From positions 53,508-117,507 of the forward strand of contig NZ_DATMFT010000016.1 in the NCBI RefSeq assembly GCF_035556095.1: 64,000 nucleotides of DNA, written 5' to 3'. The stretch comes from Parapedobacter sp. (GTDB lineage: Bacteria; Bacteroidota; Bacteroidia; Sphingobacteriales; Sphingobacteriaceae). The translations under genes and the position numbers were made by a program. This document shows positions 34,158 to 44,472 of this stretch, one piece after another (position 1 is the stretch's first letter; every line of letters starts with the position of its first letter). The notes under the pieces were generated by a model. It ran no database searches. It was not told the DNA's origin and saw only the letters and a list, made by a program, of their open reading frames with translations.

Positions 34158-34268
34158 TATTATTTTACTATTTGCAATTAAAACTATTTTAATGTATTGA
34201 TTAGTAGCATGATGATAAAAGTTTTATAACTTTTATCTATGTTGTATTTTTAAGATTTCTTATTTTTT

Positions 34269-34282
34269 CTTGTATATACAAG
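34269..34282. promoter_or_regulatory. HutC/GntR-type operator (CTTGTATATACAAG, perfect) upstream of the GH92/SusCD PUL
   Basis: Perfect 14-bp palindrome. A TAccTTTG -7 box lies at 34292-34299. Confidence 0.65.
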
Positions 34283-34345
34283 TTTAATTTATACCTTTGT
34301 GTTAAGGTAAAGGAAAACCAATTTTATAACCTAATAAATGCGGAT

Positions 34346-36505
34346 ATGCGAAAATATTTAATCGTTGGCTTGCTTACCGGATGGCTTTGTGCGGGTTGCC
34401 ATAACCCCGATGTAGGCAATGACGACGTGCTGACATACGTCGACCCTACAATCGGCGGTGTGGGCTTGATCTTGGAGCCAACGCGGCCCCTTGTGCACCT
34501 CCCTAATAGCATGTTGCGGGTGCACCCATTGAAAAAGGATGAGTTAGACGATCGGATATCGGGCTTCCCACTTACCGTTGTGTCCCATCGCATCGGTTGG
34601 GCATTTTCTTTTCTGCCGGTATTCACAGCTGATAACCCTTGGCAGTCGAATATTGTTATACACCGTCAGGAAGCACACCCCTACAGTTACGAGGTGGTGG
34701 ATGCAACTTCTTATAATAGCGTGGCGGTTGCGCCAAATGAAAAGAGCGGTGTCTTTCGGATCACGAATGCCGACCAGTCGAGGACACACCGATTGCGGTT
34801 TTCGATTATTAATGCGACCGGGTTTGTGGAGTCGCCGAATGACCATGCCTTTTCAGGTGAAGAAGACTATAACGGGATGAAGGTGTATTTCTATGGCACG
34901 GTTGACGGTACGGTAACGAAGGTGGAAACTGAGGGAGCCGACAGCCGAAAAAACTTAATGGCTACCGTCGAATCGGCGAATGGTGTGTTGGAACTGCGAT
35001 ACGGTATTTCCTTCATCAGTGTCGACCAGGCAAAGACAAACCTGGAACAGGAAATCGGAGACCGCGATTTCGCTGCTACGAAGGCAGGGGCCATGGATGT
35101 TTGGACGAAGGCACTATCCAAGATAAAGGTAAAAGGCAGCGATAAAGACAAGCGTGTGTTTTATACGGCCCTGTACCGCACCTTGGAGCGTATGGTGGAT
35201 ATCAATGAGCATGGGCGCTATTACAGTGCGTTCGACTATCAGGTGCATGAATCGGACGAACCTTTCTATATGGACAATTGGGTATGGGATTCGTATATCG
35301 CCCACCATCCGCTGAATATGATACTGGACCCGGAAAAGGATCAGACCATGATTCGTTCTTACGTGGAGATGTATCGCCAAAACGGCTGGATGCCCTCGTT
35401 TGCGGTGGTTTTTGGCGACTGGCCAGCGATGGTGGGTAACCATGCATCTGCGTGGATGGCTGACGCATGGGCGAAAGGCTTGCGCGATTTTGACGTAGCG
35501 ACCGCTTATGAAGGTCTTCGCAAGAACTCGTTGGAAGCGACGCTGATTCCTTGGCGAAATGGTCCACCCAGTGAGCTGGATGATTTTTTCAACGAACATG
35601 GCTATATGCCAGGGTTGGCTCCAGGAGAGCCGGAGACGGTCGACCGGGTTGATCCCAACTGGGAAAAGCGCCAGGCGGTGTCGGTGACACTGGAGAACAG
35701 CTTTAGTGATTGGTGTATCGCCCAACTCGCGGAACCCGCCGGACATGTCGATGAAAAAGAGCTTTTCTTGGACCGTTCCCAGTTTTACCGGAATGTGTTC
35801 CGGGAAGACAAGGGCATGGTATGGCCAAAAAATGCGGCAGGTGAATGGATTGAGCCGTATAACCCGAGCCTTTCCGGCCGGGAGTACTTCACCGAGGTCA
35901 ACGCGTATACTTACAACTGGCATGTGAAGCACGATTTAAATGGGCTATTTGCGCTTATGGGAGGGAAACAGGCTGCTGAGGCGAAGTTGGATCAGTTGTT
36001 CCGTGAGGACCTCGGCTTGTCCAAATGGAAATTCTGGGCAACCCAACCGGATGCTTCGGGGTTGGTGGGGCAGTTCGTCATGGGAAATGAACCCAGTTTA
36101 CACATCCCATACCTGTATAACTACCTCGGTGCGCCCTGGAAAACGCAGAAGCGTATCCGTATGCTGTTAGATACATGGTTTACCGACAATGTATTCGGAA
36201 TGCCTGGTGATGAAGACGGCGGAGCGATGTCGGCCTGGGTGGTGTTTTCGATGATGGGCTTCCTTCAGGTAACCCCCGGCGTGCCTACTTACTCAATCGG
36301 CAGCCCATCGTTTGAAGAGGTTAGCATCCAGTTACCCAATGGCAATGAATTTAAGGTAGTAGCTAACAATAATTCGACGGAGAACGTGTACATCCAGGAG
36401 GCGAAACTCAATGGCCAACCCTTGGATGAACTGTTTTTTACGCATGAGCAGCTGCTGGAAGGCGGTGTGCTGGAACTGGAGATGGGCGATAAACCTAGGA
36501 AATAG
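34346..36505 (+). CDS. GH92-family alpha-mannosidase (lipoprotein)
   Basis: 719 aa. GNEPSLHIPYLYNYLG and GMPGDEDGGAMSAWVVFSMMGF are GH92 signatures. CAGC lipobox. Confidence 0.85.
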   Translation: MRKYLIVGLLTGWLCAGCHNPDVGNDDVLTYVDPTIGGVGLILEPTRPLVHLPNSMLRVHPLKKDELDDRISGFPLTVVSHRIGWAFSFLPVFTADNPWQSNIVIHRQEAHPYSYEVVDATSYNSVAVAPNEKSGVFRITNADQSRTHRLRFSIINATGFVESPNDHAFSGEEDYNGMKVYFYGTVDGTVTKVETEGADSRKNLMATVESANGVLELRYGISFISVDQAKTNLEQEIGDRDFAATKAGAMDVWTKALSKIKVKGSDKDKRVFYTALYRTLERMVDINEHGRYYSAFDYQVHESDEPFYMDNWVWDSYIAHHPLNMILDPEKDQTMIRSYVEMYRQNGWMPSFAVVFGDWPAMVGNHASAWMADAWAKGLRDFDVATAYEGLRKNSLEATLIPWRNGPPSELDDFFNEHGYMPGLAPGEPETVDRVDPNWEKRQAVSVTLENSFSDWCIAQLAEPAGHVDEKELFLDRSQFYRNVFREDKGMVWPKNAAGEWIEPYNPSLSGREYFTEVNAYTYNWHVKHDLNGLFALMGGKQAAEAKLDQLFREDLGLSKWKFWATQPDASGLVGQFVMGNEPSLHIPYLYNYLGAPWKTQKRIRMLLDTWFTDNVFGMPGDEDGGAMSAWVVFSMMGFLQVTPGVPTYSIGSPSFEEVSIQLPNGNEFKVVANNNSTENVYIQEAKLNGQPLDELFFTHEQLLEGGVLELEMGDKPRK

Positions 36506-36517
36506 CTAAGATCGTAC

Positions 36518-36543
36518 TAGCCTTTGCCGATTGAAGGCTATTT
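36518..36543 (+). terminator. possible intrinsic terminator after GH92
   Basis: TAGCCTT - 9-nt loop - AAGGCTA followed by TTT. Confidence 0.4.
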
Positions 36544-36685
36544 GTAAACGCGTTTTTAATCAGTTCATATAGACCTAAGTGTAACTAAATGAGGGCAAAG
36601 ACTTCAGTGTAATTCACGGAAAAAGTTTTTTGCTCCTCCAAAGAGATTAGGTGCCATATCACTAACGACCAAAATAACTATTATT

Positions 36686-39600
36686 ATGAAGCTAACCGCT
36701 ATTTTATTGCTATTTTTTACATTTAAGGTAAGTGCGGATTGTTGCGCTATGAGTGCAATAGTCGGTGTGCCTTCAAGTTATGACCCTCCTGGCAATCCAA
36801 TACCTCCTATTCAAATAAAAGGAAAGGTTGTGGATAGTGAAGGGAATCCGCTACAGGGTGTGTCTGTAAACGTGGTAGGTACTACGGTAGGAAGCACCAC
36901 CAATAGTGAGGGATTTTATGTCATCAGTATCGTGGATAATTCGTCTGTTGTACTGGAGTTTTCCAGCGTAGGATTTCAACGAAAAAGTGTGACAGTTGGA
37001 ACCCAAACGGAGATCAATGTTACGCTGGAAGAAGATGTCGCGGGGCTGGAAGAGGTTGTGGTGGTGGGATATGGGACACAGAAGAAGTTAACGGTTACGG
37101 GTGCGATTTCGTCTGTAGGGTCGGCGGATCTGATCAAATCTCCAAATGCTAGTGTTGCGAATACGCTTGCCGGACGCGTTACCGGTTTGGCAACGGTACA
37201 GTATTCAGGTCGTCCAGGAGGCGACGATCCTATAACTTATATCCGCGGAATCGGATCACTTACGTCAGCGGCTTCAGCACCGCTTACACTTGTAGATGGG
37301 GTAGAACGGCCGTTTACCCAATTAGACCCCAATGAAATTGAGTCGGTATCTGTATTGAAAGATGCGTCTGCTACCGCCGTGTTCGGTGTGCGGGGAGCCA
37401 ATGGAGTAATCATCGTGACAACGAAGCGGGGAACCGAAGGGCCTGCCAAAATCAGCGTATCGGCTTCTGCTGGCCTTCAACAGCCATTGAGACTTCCTGT
37501 TTTTGTAGACAGCTATACGCATGCAAAGATGTATACAGAAGCTCAACAAAATGACGATCCGAATGCAGTACTGAAGTTCAGCCCAGAGGCCCTGGAAGCA
37601 TTCCGGACCAACTCGGATCCGATCATTTATCCAAATACCGATTGGGTGAATTATATATTGAAGCCTTCCGCATTTCAAACGCAAGAAAATGTCAATATTT
37701 CGGGCGGAACAAAGGCGGTCAGGTATTTTGTTTCACTGGGGTATCTCAAGCAAGACGGCCTGTTTAGGATATTTGACCTGCCGGATAATAATAACTACAG
37801 TTATAACCGATATAACTACCGGGTAAATTTGGATATCGATGTAACTAAAACGACTACCCTTTCCTTAACAACCGGCGGAAGAAGTGAGTTTCGTAACGAG
37901 CCCTTGGCCGATGAGCCGCAATTCAGTATCTGGCGGAATATCTATTTTGCCCAGCCTTATAGAGGAATAGGGATTGTAGACGGAAAGCATATACAAAGCG
38001 ATCCCCGCTATATTTCAGGTGAAACACGTGATGCGCTTAACGGTTACTATGGGAAGGGTTTCCAAAATGCACTCACGAATCCGCTCAATTTTGACTTGAT
38101 GTTAAATCAGCAGCTGGACGCCCTCGTAAAGGGGCTTTCCTTCAAAGTTAAAGGTTCTTATAACGGAAGCTACTCTTTTACCAAAATCAGAAACTCCAGT
38201 CGGGCAACGTACTTGGCCAGCTATTTACATGATTTAGATCCTACCGAACCGGATGATAAAACGGTTGTCTACCGGAAAATCGGGGAAGATGGGACATTAG
38301 GTTATGCCGAGCGTTACGACAAAGCCCGGGATTGGTATTTCGAAACGGCTTTTTCTTATGACCGAATGTTTGAGGCACACCGCGTCACCGGACTCTTGCT
38401 TTACAATCAGAGCAAAACGTTTTATCCGACGTCGAATGTGGATATCCCACGGGGATACGTTGGGCTTGTAGGACGGATAACCTACGACTATCAATCAAAG
38501 TATCTGCTGGATTTAAATATGGGGTATAACGGTTCCGAAAATTTTGCTCCTGAAAGGCGATTTGGATTATTTCCAGCCATATCAGCAGGCTGGGTGGTTT
38601 CCGAAGAGAAATTTATGAAAGCGTATGCTCCGTTTATTGAGTACCTGAAAATAAGGGGTTCATACGGAGTTGTGGGTAATGATCGGATGGGGAATAGCCG
38701 GTTCCTTTATTTACCGGACAGTTATTCGGCGAATTCGGGTGGCTATAGTTTCGGGGTCAATGTTCCCCAGAATCAGATCGGCGCATCGGAAGGCAAGGTT
38801 GGAAATCCGCTCGTCACATGGGAAAAGTCGAAGAAAAAGGACATTGGCCTGGATCTTACGATGCTGAATGGGAAAATTGCCGTCGTGGCGGATTATTTCA
38901 CTGAACATCGCGATAATATCCTTACGACACGTCAGACGGTTCCCGGCATTCTGGCTATTAACCTTCCAGCAGTAAATATCGGCGTCGTTGACAATCATGG
39001 GTATGAATTACAAATAAAGTGGAGGGATAACATCGGTGCCTTTAACTACATGATTAGCCCGAATATGTCCTTCGCTAGAAACAAAATTGTTTTTATGGAT
39101 GAGACACCGCAGCGGGAATCGTACCTTTTGCGCACGGGAAATCGCGTCAACCAACCATTCGGCTATGTGTTTGATGGCTTTTGGACCGAAACAGATGTGG
39201 CTAATATCGGCAATTTCCCAAATGCAAATTACGAGGCCAAACCGGGGGATTTACGGTATAAAGATCTGAATGGCGATGGGCAGATAAATGTTGATGACCA
39301 GCGACCAATTGGCTTTCCGGACTATCCTGAATATGTTTTTGGATTAACGATCGAAATGCAGTATAAGGGATTTGATTTGCATATGATGTGGTCTGGAGCA
39401 ACCAACGTATCAAGGGCATTTCAAGGGTCGTTCCAATTGCCGTTTGGGCCTACACATGGGTTCGGGCTTATGAAGTACATGGCCGATGGGCGGTGGACTC
39501 CGGAAACGGCTGCCTCGGCAACGTATCCGCGGATGACTTTCTTGGGAATCGAGAACAACATGAAATATAGTGATTATTGGTTGAAGGACGCTTCGTATGC

Positions 39601-39817
39601 AAGATTGAAAAACGTTGAACTCGGATACAGTTTTGATGCTGCCAAGCATATTTTGTTAAAGCGGCTCGGCATGTCGAGTTTACGTCTTTATGCCAATGGT
39701 TATAACCTGTTGACTTTTGACAATCTAGGACTCATAGACCCGGAATCTGTACCAACGGAAAATGCACAGTATCCGCTGATGAGAATATTCAATTTTGGTT
39801 TAAACGTAACATTCTAA
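36686..39817 (+). CDS. SusC/RagA-family TonB-dependent transporter
   Basis: 1043 aa. IKGKVVDSEGNPLQGVSVNVVGT, DASATAVFGVRGANGVIIVTTKRG, and a C-terminal barrel ending in FGLNVTF. Confidence 0.9.
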   Translation: MKLTAILLLFFTFKVSADCCAMSAIVGVPSSYDPPGNPIPPIQIKGKVVDSEGNPLQGVSVNVVGTTVGSTTNSEGFYVISIVDNSSVVLEFSSVGFQRKSVTVGTQTEINVTLEEDVAGLEEVVVVGYGTQKKLTVTGAISSVGSADLIKSPNASVANTLAGRVTGLATVQYSGRPGGDDPITYIRGIGSLTSAASAPLTLVDGVERPFTQLDPNEIESVSVLKDASATAVFGVRGANGVIIVTTKRGTEGPAKISVSASAGLQQPLRLPVFVDSYTHAKMYTEAQQNDDPNAVLKFSPEALEAFRTNSDPIIYPNTDWVNYILKPSAFQTQENVNISGGTKAVRYFVSLGYLKQDGLFRIFDLPDNNNYSYNRYNYRVNLDIDVTKTTTLSLTTGGRSEFRNEPLADEPQFSIWRNIYFAQPYRGIGIVDGKHIQSDPRYISGETRDALNGYYGKGFQNALTNPLNFDLMLNQQLDALVKGLSFKVKGSYNGSYSFTKIRNSSRATYLASYLHDLDPTEPDDKTVVYRKIGEDGTLGYAERYDKARDWYFETAFSYDRMFEAHRVTGLLLYNQSKTFYPTSNVDIPRGYVGLVGRITYDYQSKYLLDLNMGYNGSENFAPERRFGLFPAISAGWVVSEEKFMKAYAPFIEYLKIRGSYGVVGNDRMGNSRFLYLPDSYSANSGGYSFGVNVPQNQIGASEGKVGNPLVTWEKSKKKDIGLDLTMLNGKIAVVADYFTEHRDNILTTRQTVPGILAINLPAVNIGVVDNHGYELQIKWRDNIGAFNYMISPNMSFARNKIVFMDETPQRESYLLRTGNRVNQPFGYVFDGFWTETDVANIGNFPNANYEAKPGDLRYKDLNGDGQINVDDQRPIGFPDYPEYVFGLTIEMQYKGFDLHMMWSGATNVSRAFQGSFQLPFGPTHGFGLMKYMADGRWTPETAASATYPRMTFLGIENNMKYSDYWLKDASYARLKNVELGYSFDAAKHILLKRLGMSSLRLYANGYNLLTFDNLGLIDPESVPTENAQYPLMRIFNFGLNVTF

Positions 39818-39837
39818 CATCATAAAATTTCAAGGTG

Positions 39838-41592
39838 ATGAAAAATATACTAATTATCTTTTTATGGCTACTGGCTTTCGCCATAGTGGGATGTGAGAAA
39901 TTTAAAGTAGGTAACGACTTTCTTGAAAAACCACCCAGTGTGGATGTGACGAAGGATACCATTTTCTCTAACCTCGAATATGCTAACCGGTTTCTAACCG
40001 GAGCCTATGCAACGCTACACTATGGGTTATTGTATGATTTTTCGGCCAAAGGGATTGGTATGGATGCGGATATCTTAGAGTCGCTTACTGACATTACGCA
40101 ATCTTTCCGGTTGGATGGCGCTGTGTACCGTATTTATTATTCAGGGCAATACAGTGCGGGAACAGAAAATAACGCAACCGGTACCAAATATAGTTTTTTG
40201 CATGAAGATAGCTGGAAAGGCATCCGAATGGCTTACATTTTTCTGGAGAATATCGACCGTGTTCCCAACGTAAATGAGCAAACCAAGAAGCGGCTGAAAG
40301 CAGAAGCAAAAATGATTATAGCAATGCATTATGCTGATATGTATCGCCATTTCGGTGGACTCCCTTGGATTGATCACGCCATTGGAGTCAATGAAGACAC
40401 TCATTTTCCACGGCTTACAAGCTTAGCCACAATGGATTCGATTATTAACATCATCGATGAGGCAACGCCTGATTTACCGTGGGTGCTAAACGATATCAAT
40501 AATGACGATGGCCGTTTTACACAAGCTTCTGCGCTTGGTCTGAAAGCGCGTATGCTGCTTTTTGGTGCAAGTCCGCTGTTTAATAGCGATACACCATATC
40601 TCGACGGAGAAGCGTCGCAACAAAAGATGACTTGGCATGGGAATTATGACCAGAATCTGTGGAAGCGGGCGGCCAATGCGGCAGAAGAACTGATTCAGAA
40701 AGTGGAAGCCCAGGGAGGGTATGAATTAGTCAAAACCGGCCATCCGAGACAGGATTTCCAGAAGGCTTACTATCAACGGGGAAATGGTGAAATTTTGATT
40801 TCCACCAGGGTGCGATATCGAAATGAAGGCGACTACGACTACCTGGGTATGCAGGTAACGCGTATTCACGGTATAGGCTGTCCCACACAAGAATATGTGA
40901 ATATGTTCGGTATGGCCAATGGATTGCCGATTTCCGATCCGAATTCGGGATATGTGGAAGAGAATCCCTTTGTCAACCGCGATCCGAGGTTATATGAAAC
41001 GGTGCTTACGAATGAAGATACGTACCAAGGGCGTACGGCACAGTTGTGGGTTGGCGGGATCGAGCGTCAATCCATCGGACAATCGATGGCAGCGACAGGC
41101 TACGACATGCGGAAATTCTTATTGGATTTTAATAGTGCTACGTCGTTTGGTTCTGTTGTGCAATTTCCTTACCTCCGCTTGGCTGAAATCTATTTGACGT
41201 ATGCGGAAGCGAGTAACCAATTAAACAACGGACCTACTCCAGAAGCCTATCGCTGTGTCAACGTTGTACGGAATCGGGTAGGACTTCCGGATTTGACTCC
41301 GAATCTGAATAAAGAACAATTTCACGAAGCGGTATTGATCGAACGCGCATGCGAATTTGGGTATGAGGAGGTTAGGTGGTTTGATCTGATCCGTTGGAAA
41401 AGGGCAGATGATTTCACGAAAAAACTGCATGGAATGAATATTTTTAAAGAAGGTGACGAATTTACGTATCAATTATTTGAACTACCTACACGGGCTTGGC
41501 AACGGTCTTGGTCGCCTAAATGGTATTTGAGTGCCTTCCCCCCAACGGAGGTAAATAAAGGTTATGGATTAGTTCAAAACCCTGGCTGGTGA
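39838..41592 (+). CDS. SusD/RagB-family lipoprotein
   Basis: Lipobox (IVGC). The C-terminus reads ERACEFGYEEVRWFDLIRW...NPGW. Confidence 0.9.
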   Translation: MKNILIIFLWLLAFAIVGCEKFKVGNDFLEKPPSVDVTKDTIFSNLEYANRFLTGAYATLHYGLLYDFSAKGIGMDADILESLTDITQSFRLDGAVYRIYYSGQYSAGTENNATGTKYSFLHEDSWKGIRMAYIFLENIDRVPNVNEQTKKRLKAEAKMIIAMHYADMYRHFGGLPWIDHAIGVNEDTHFPRLTSLATMDSIINIIDEATPDLPWVLNDINNDDGRFTQASALGLKARMLLFGASPLFNSDTPYLDGEASQQKMTWHGNYDQNLWKRAANAAEELIQKVEAQGGYELVKTGHPRQDFQKAYYQRGNGEILISTRVRYRNEGDYDYLGMQVTRIHGIGCPTQEYVNMFGMANGLPISDPNSGYVEENPFVNRDPRLYETVLTNEDTYQGRTAQLWVGGIERQSIGQSMAATGYDMRKFLLDFNSATSFGSVVQFPYLRLAEIYLTYAEASNQLNNGPTPEAYRCVNVVRNRVGLPDLTPNLNKEQFHEAVLIERACEFGYEEVRWFDLIRWKRADDFTKKLHGMNIFKEGDEFTYQLFELPTRAWQRSWSPKWYLSAFPPTEVNKGYGLVQNPGW

Positions 41593-41633
41593 TACTTAAA
41601 GTGGTTTTAACAATGCAACTAAAACGTATAAAG

Positions 41634-44453
41634 ATGACAAATAAATATATGGATCTCATATGTCTGTCGCTCACATTGTTATTCTTTCCCTTCACGGGGC
41701 TTGCTCAACAGCAATCCGCTGGGCTGGCCATTGACAAGGTGGATAAGCCCGTTAGTGAAGAAAACGATGATGATGTGGTTCCGGTGGGTTTCGGTTCGAC
41801 ACGCAATAAAAATGAACTCACATCCGCGATAGGTATTGTACGGGCAGACGGGTTGTCAAATCGGATGACCATCAATCCGGCCAACGCCCTTTTCGGTAAG
41901 ATAGCAGGTTTGGCGGTGATGCAAAACGGAGGAGCCAGTTGGGAGAACGACCCTCGGCTGATGATTAGGGGGATTGGAACCTTCGGCGATGCGTCTATTC
42001 TGATGCTGGTCGACGGCTACGAACGGCCTATTTCGTCACTTTCTCTTGGAGAAATTGAAAGTATAGCAATCCTAAAGGATGCGGCTGCACTCGCGATGTA
42101 CGGTGTTCGTGGCGCAAATGGTGTGCTATTGGTGACTACAAAACGAGGGGATGCAAGGAAGAACAAAGTAGATATCTCGTATGAACAAGGTATCACACAA
42201 GCGAGGCGCATACCTGATTTTTTAGATGGATACGGGTATGCAACTGCGATGAATGAAGCCAGGTTGAATGACGGCTTAACACCGCTTTATTCACAACAAG
42301 CATTGGATGCCTTTCAATCTGGATCTTCACCCTATTTTTATCCGAATGTAAACTGGTTTGAGCAGGCATTCCGGGATTTTGGCAAAACCAATAATTTCAA
42401 GGCTACCTTTCAGGGACAAACAGCTACAGCTAGTTATTTTGCCTTGTTGAATTACCAGTCTGATAATGGAATATTGGGGCCGGTAAATGAGAACGAAGGA
42501 TATAATACGCAGTTGAATTATGGTAAATTCAATTTCCGCTCAAATGTGGATGTGAATGTCACCAAATCAACCAAACTGAAGATTGGCTTAAGCGGTAACC
42601 TGCGGGAAACCAAAACGCCGGGTACTTCGGTTGCCGATATCATGTGGGCGCTATATAATACACCGTCAGCAGCTTATCCGGTAAAAACATACCACAATAT
42701 TTGGGGAGGTACTGCCAATTTTGCTAATAATCCGATTGCGCAGATTTCAGCCACGGGCTATCGGAATACGCAGATCCGCGAACTGCTGGCAGACGGTAGC
42801 ATCGAACAGAGACTTGATGCGCTATTACCCGGCTTGGCAGTAGAAGCTGCCGTTGCTTTTGATAATTCTGCCACCTATTCGGAAGGTAAAGTCAAACAAT
42901 ACGAATACCAGTCGATATCACTAACTGAAAACAATGGGGCGCTGGATTCTGTTGAAACGGACTATGGACAAGATACAGAATTGAATTACTACCATAACCT
43001 TGCAAACCAATGGAACCATGCAACGGTTCAAGGAAAATTGAAATACGACAAAGAATGGGGCAATCAAAGCGTCAACTCTATCCTATTGTATCAGCAGGAT
43101 AAGCTGCTTAGAAACGGCCAATCTAATACCTATATTCATCAGTTGGTCGCAGGTAATCTGCATTATGCAAACAGTTTGAAGTATTTTGCCGATTTATCGC
43201 TTTCCTACAGTGGAACAAATGTATTGCCGAAAGGGAGTCGATTTGGCTTCTTCCCCGCTTTGTCGGTTGGATGGAAAATAGCTGAGGAATCATGGTTCTC
43301 TAAAAGGGTGGTTAATGACCTTAAATTACGGGCTTCCTGGGGAATAACCGGTAATGATTTGATACCGCAAAATCTTTCAGAAGTCCAATTTAATGGATCT
43401 ACACCGTATTTTTATACGGGTAACAATAATATTTCCGGGGGACTGCAAGAAGGTAGACTGCCATCGACCGGCTTAACCTATGAATCCTCCACCAAGTATA
43501 ATCTCGGCATAGATGTATCTGTGCTGGAGATGATCGATTTGAATGTCGATGTTTTCTATGACCATCGGACAAATATATTGGTTGAATCTGATGGGTTGGT
43601 TTCCAATGTGCTTGGAGCTGCTAAGCCACTGCTAAGTGAGGGCATTGTAAATAACAAAGGCTTTGAAGCGGAGCTTAAATTTTACAATAATGAAGGTTCC
43701 TTCACTTATTACATCGACGGGCAGTTTGCGTATGTCCGCAATAAGATCGAACAAATGGGCGAGGCCTTTCAACCTTTTAATTACCTATCAAGAACAGGAA
43801 GAAGTATTGGACAGGCTTTTGGTCTGGAAGCGATCGGGTTTTTCAAAGACCAGACAGATATAGAAAATAGCCCAACGCAGACATTTTCATCTGTAAAACC
43901 AGGAGACATAAAATATAGGGATCAGAACAATGACGGTATTATCAACGCCTATGATGAAAAGGCGTTAGGGTTTAATACGGTCAATCCTGAAATGTATTAT
44001 GCGGCATCCTTTGGGGTGACATATAAAGGAATCGGACTGGATGTGATGTTCCAAGGCGTTGCTAACAGAACGCTTTATTTGAGCGCACAAAGTGTTTTCT
44101 GGCCCCTGATTGGAAACAGCAGCATAACCGATTTTTCAGCAAACAGATGGACCCCGGCGACGTCAGAAACGGCAACGTTGCCGCGACTGACTACGTTGAG
44201 CAATGATAATAATTATCGCCCTAATAGTATCTGGCTGGTCGATGGCTCTTACCTTAAATTAAGATCCGTCATGCTTCACTATAGCCTTCCTCAACAAGTG
44301 ACTTCGAAGCTTAGGCTGTCAAATATCCGAGTGATAATGAGGGGAATGGATTTATTTTCTATTGATAATATCGATGCGGTGGATCCGGAGGCTATTGGAT
44401 TTACATATCCTACGTATGCAACTTATAGCTTAGGTGTGCAAATTGGTTTTTAG
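41634..44453 (+). CDS. SusC/RagA-family TonB-dependent transporter lacking the N-terminal carboxypeptidase-regulatory-like domain
   Basis: Signal peptide, then directly the plug (DAAALAMYGVRGANGVLLVTTKRG), with a barrel ending in LGVQIGF. The start is uncertain (41613, 41634 or 41649). Confidence 0.85.
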   Translation: MTNKYMDLICLSLTLLFFPFTGLAQQQSAGLAIDKVDKPVSEENDDDVVPVGFGSTRNKNELTSAIGIVRADGLSNRMTINPANALFGKIAGLAVMQNGGASWENDPRLMIRGIGTFGDASILMLVDGYERPISSLSLGEIESIAILKDAAALAMYGVRGANGVLLVTTKRGDARKNKVDISYEQGITQARRIPDFLDGYGYATAMNEARLNDGLTPLYSQQALDAFQSGSSPYFYPNVNWFEQAFRDFGKTNNFKATFQGQTATASYFALLNYQSDNGILGPVNENEGYNTQLNYGKFNFRSNVDVNVTKSTKLKIGLSGNLRETKTPGTSVADIMWALYNTPSAAYPVKTYHNIWGGTANFANNPIAQISATGYRNTQIRELLADGSIEQRLDALLPGLAVEAAVAFDNSATYSEGKVKQYEYQSISLTENNGALDSVETDYGQDTELNYYHNLANQWNHATVQGKLKYDKEWGNQSVNSILLYQQDKLLRNGQSNTYIHQLVAGNLHYANSLKYFADLSLSYSGTNVLPKGSRFGFFPALSVGWKIAEESWFSKRVVNDLKLRASWGITGNDLIPQNLSEVQFNGSTPYFYTGNNNISGGLQEGRLPSTGLTYESSTKYNLGIDVSVLEMIDLNVDVFYDHRTNILVESDGLVSNVLGAAKPLLSEGIVNNKGFEAELKFYNNEGSFTYYIDGQFAYVRNKIEQMGEAFQPFNYLSRTGRSIGQAFGLEAIGFFKDQTDIENSPTQTFSSVKPGDIKYRDQNNDGIINAYDEKALGFNTVNPEMYYAASFGVTYKGIGLDVMFQGVANRTLYLSAQSVFWPLIGNSSITDFSANRWTPATSETATLPRLTTLSNDNNYRPNSIWLVDGSYLKLRSVMLHYSLPQQVTSKLRLSNIRVIMRGMDLFSIDNIDAVDPEAIGFTYPTYATYSLGVQIGF

Positions 44454-44472
44454 GCTATTAAAATAGATTGTT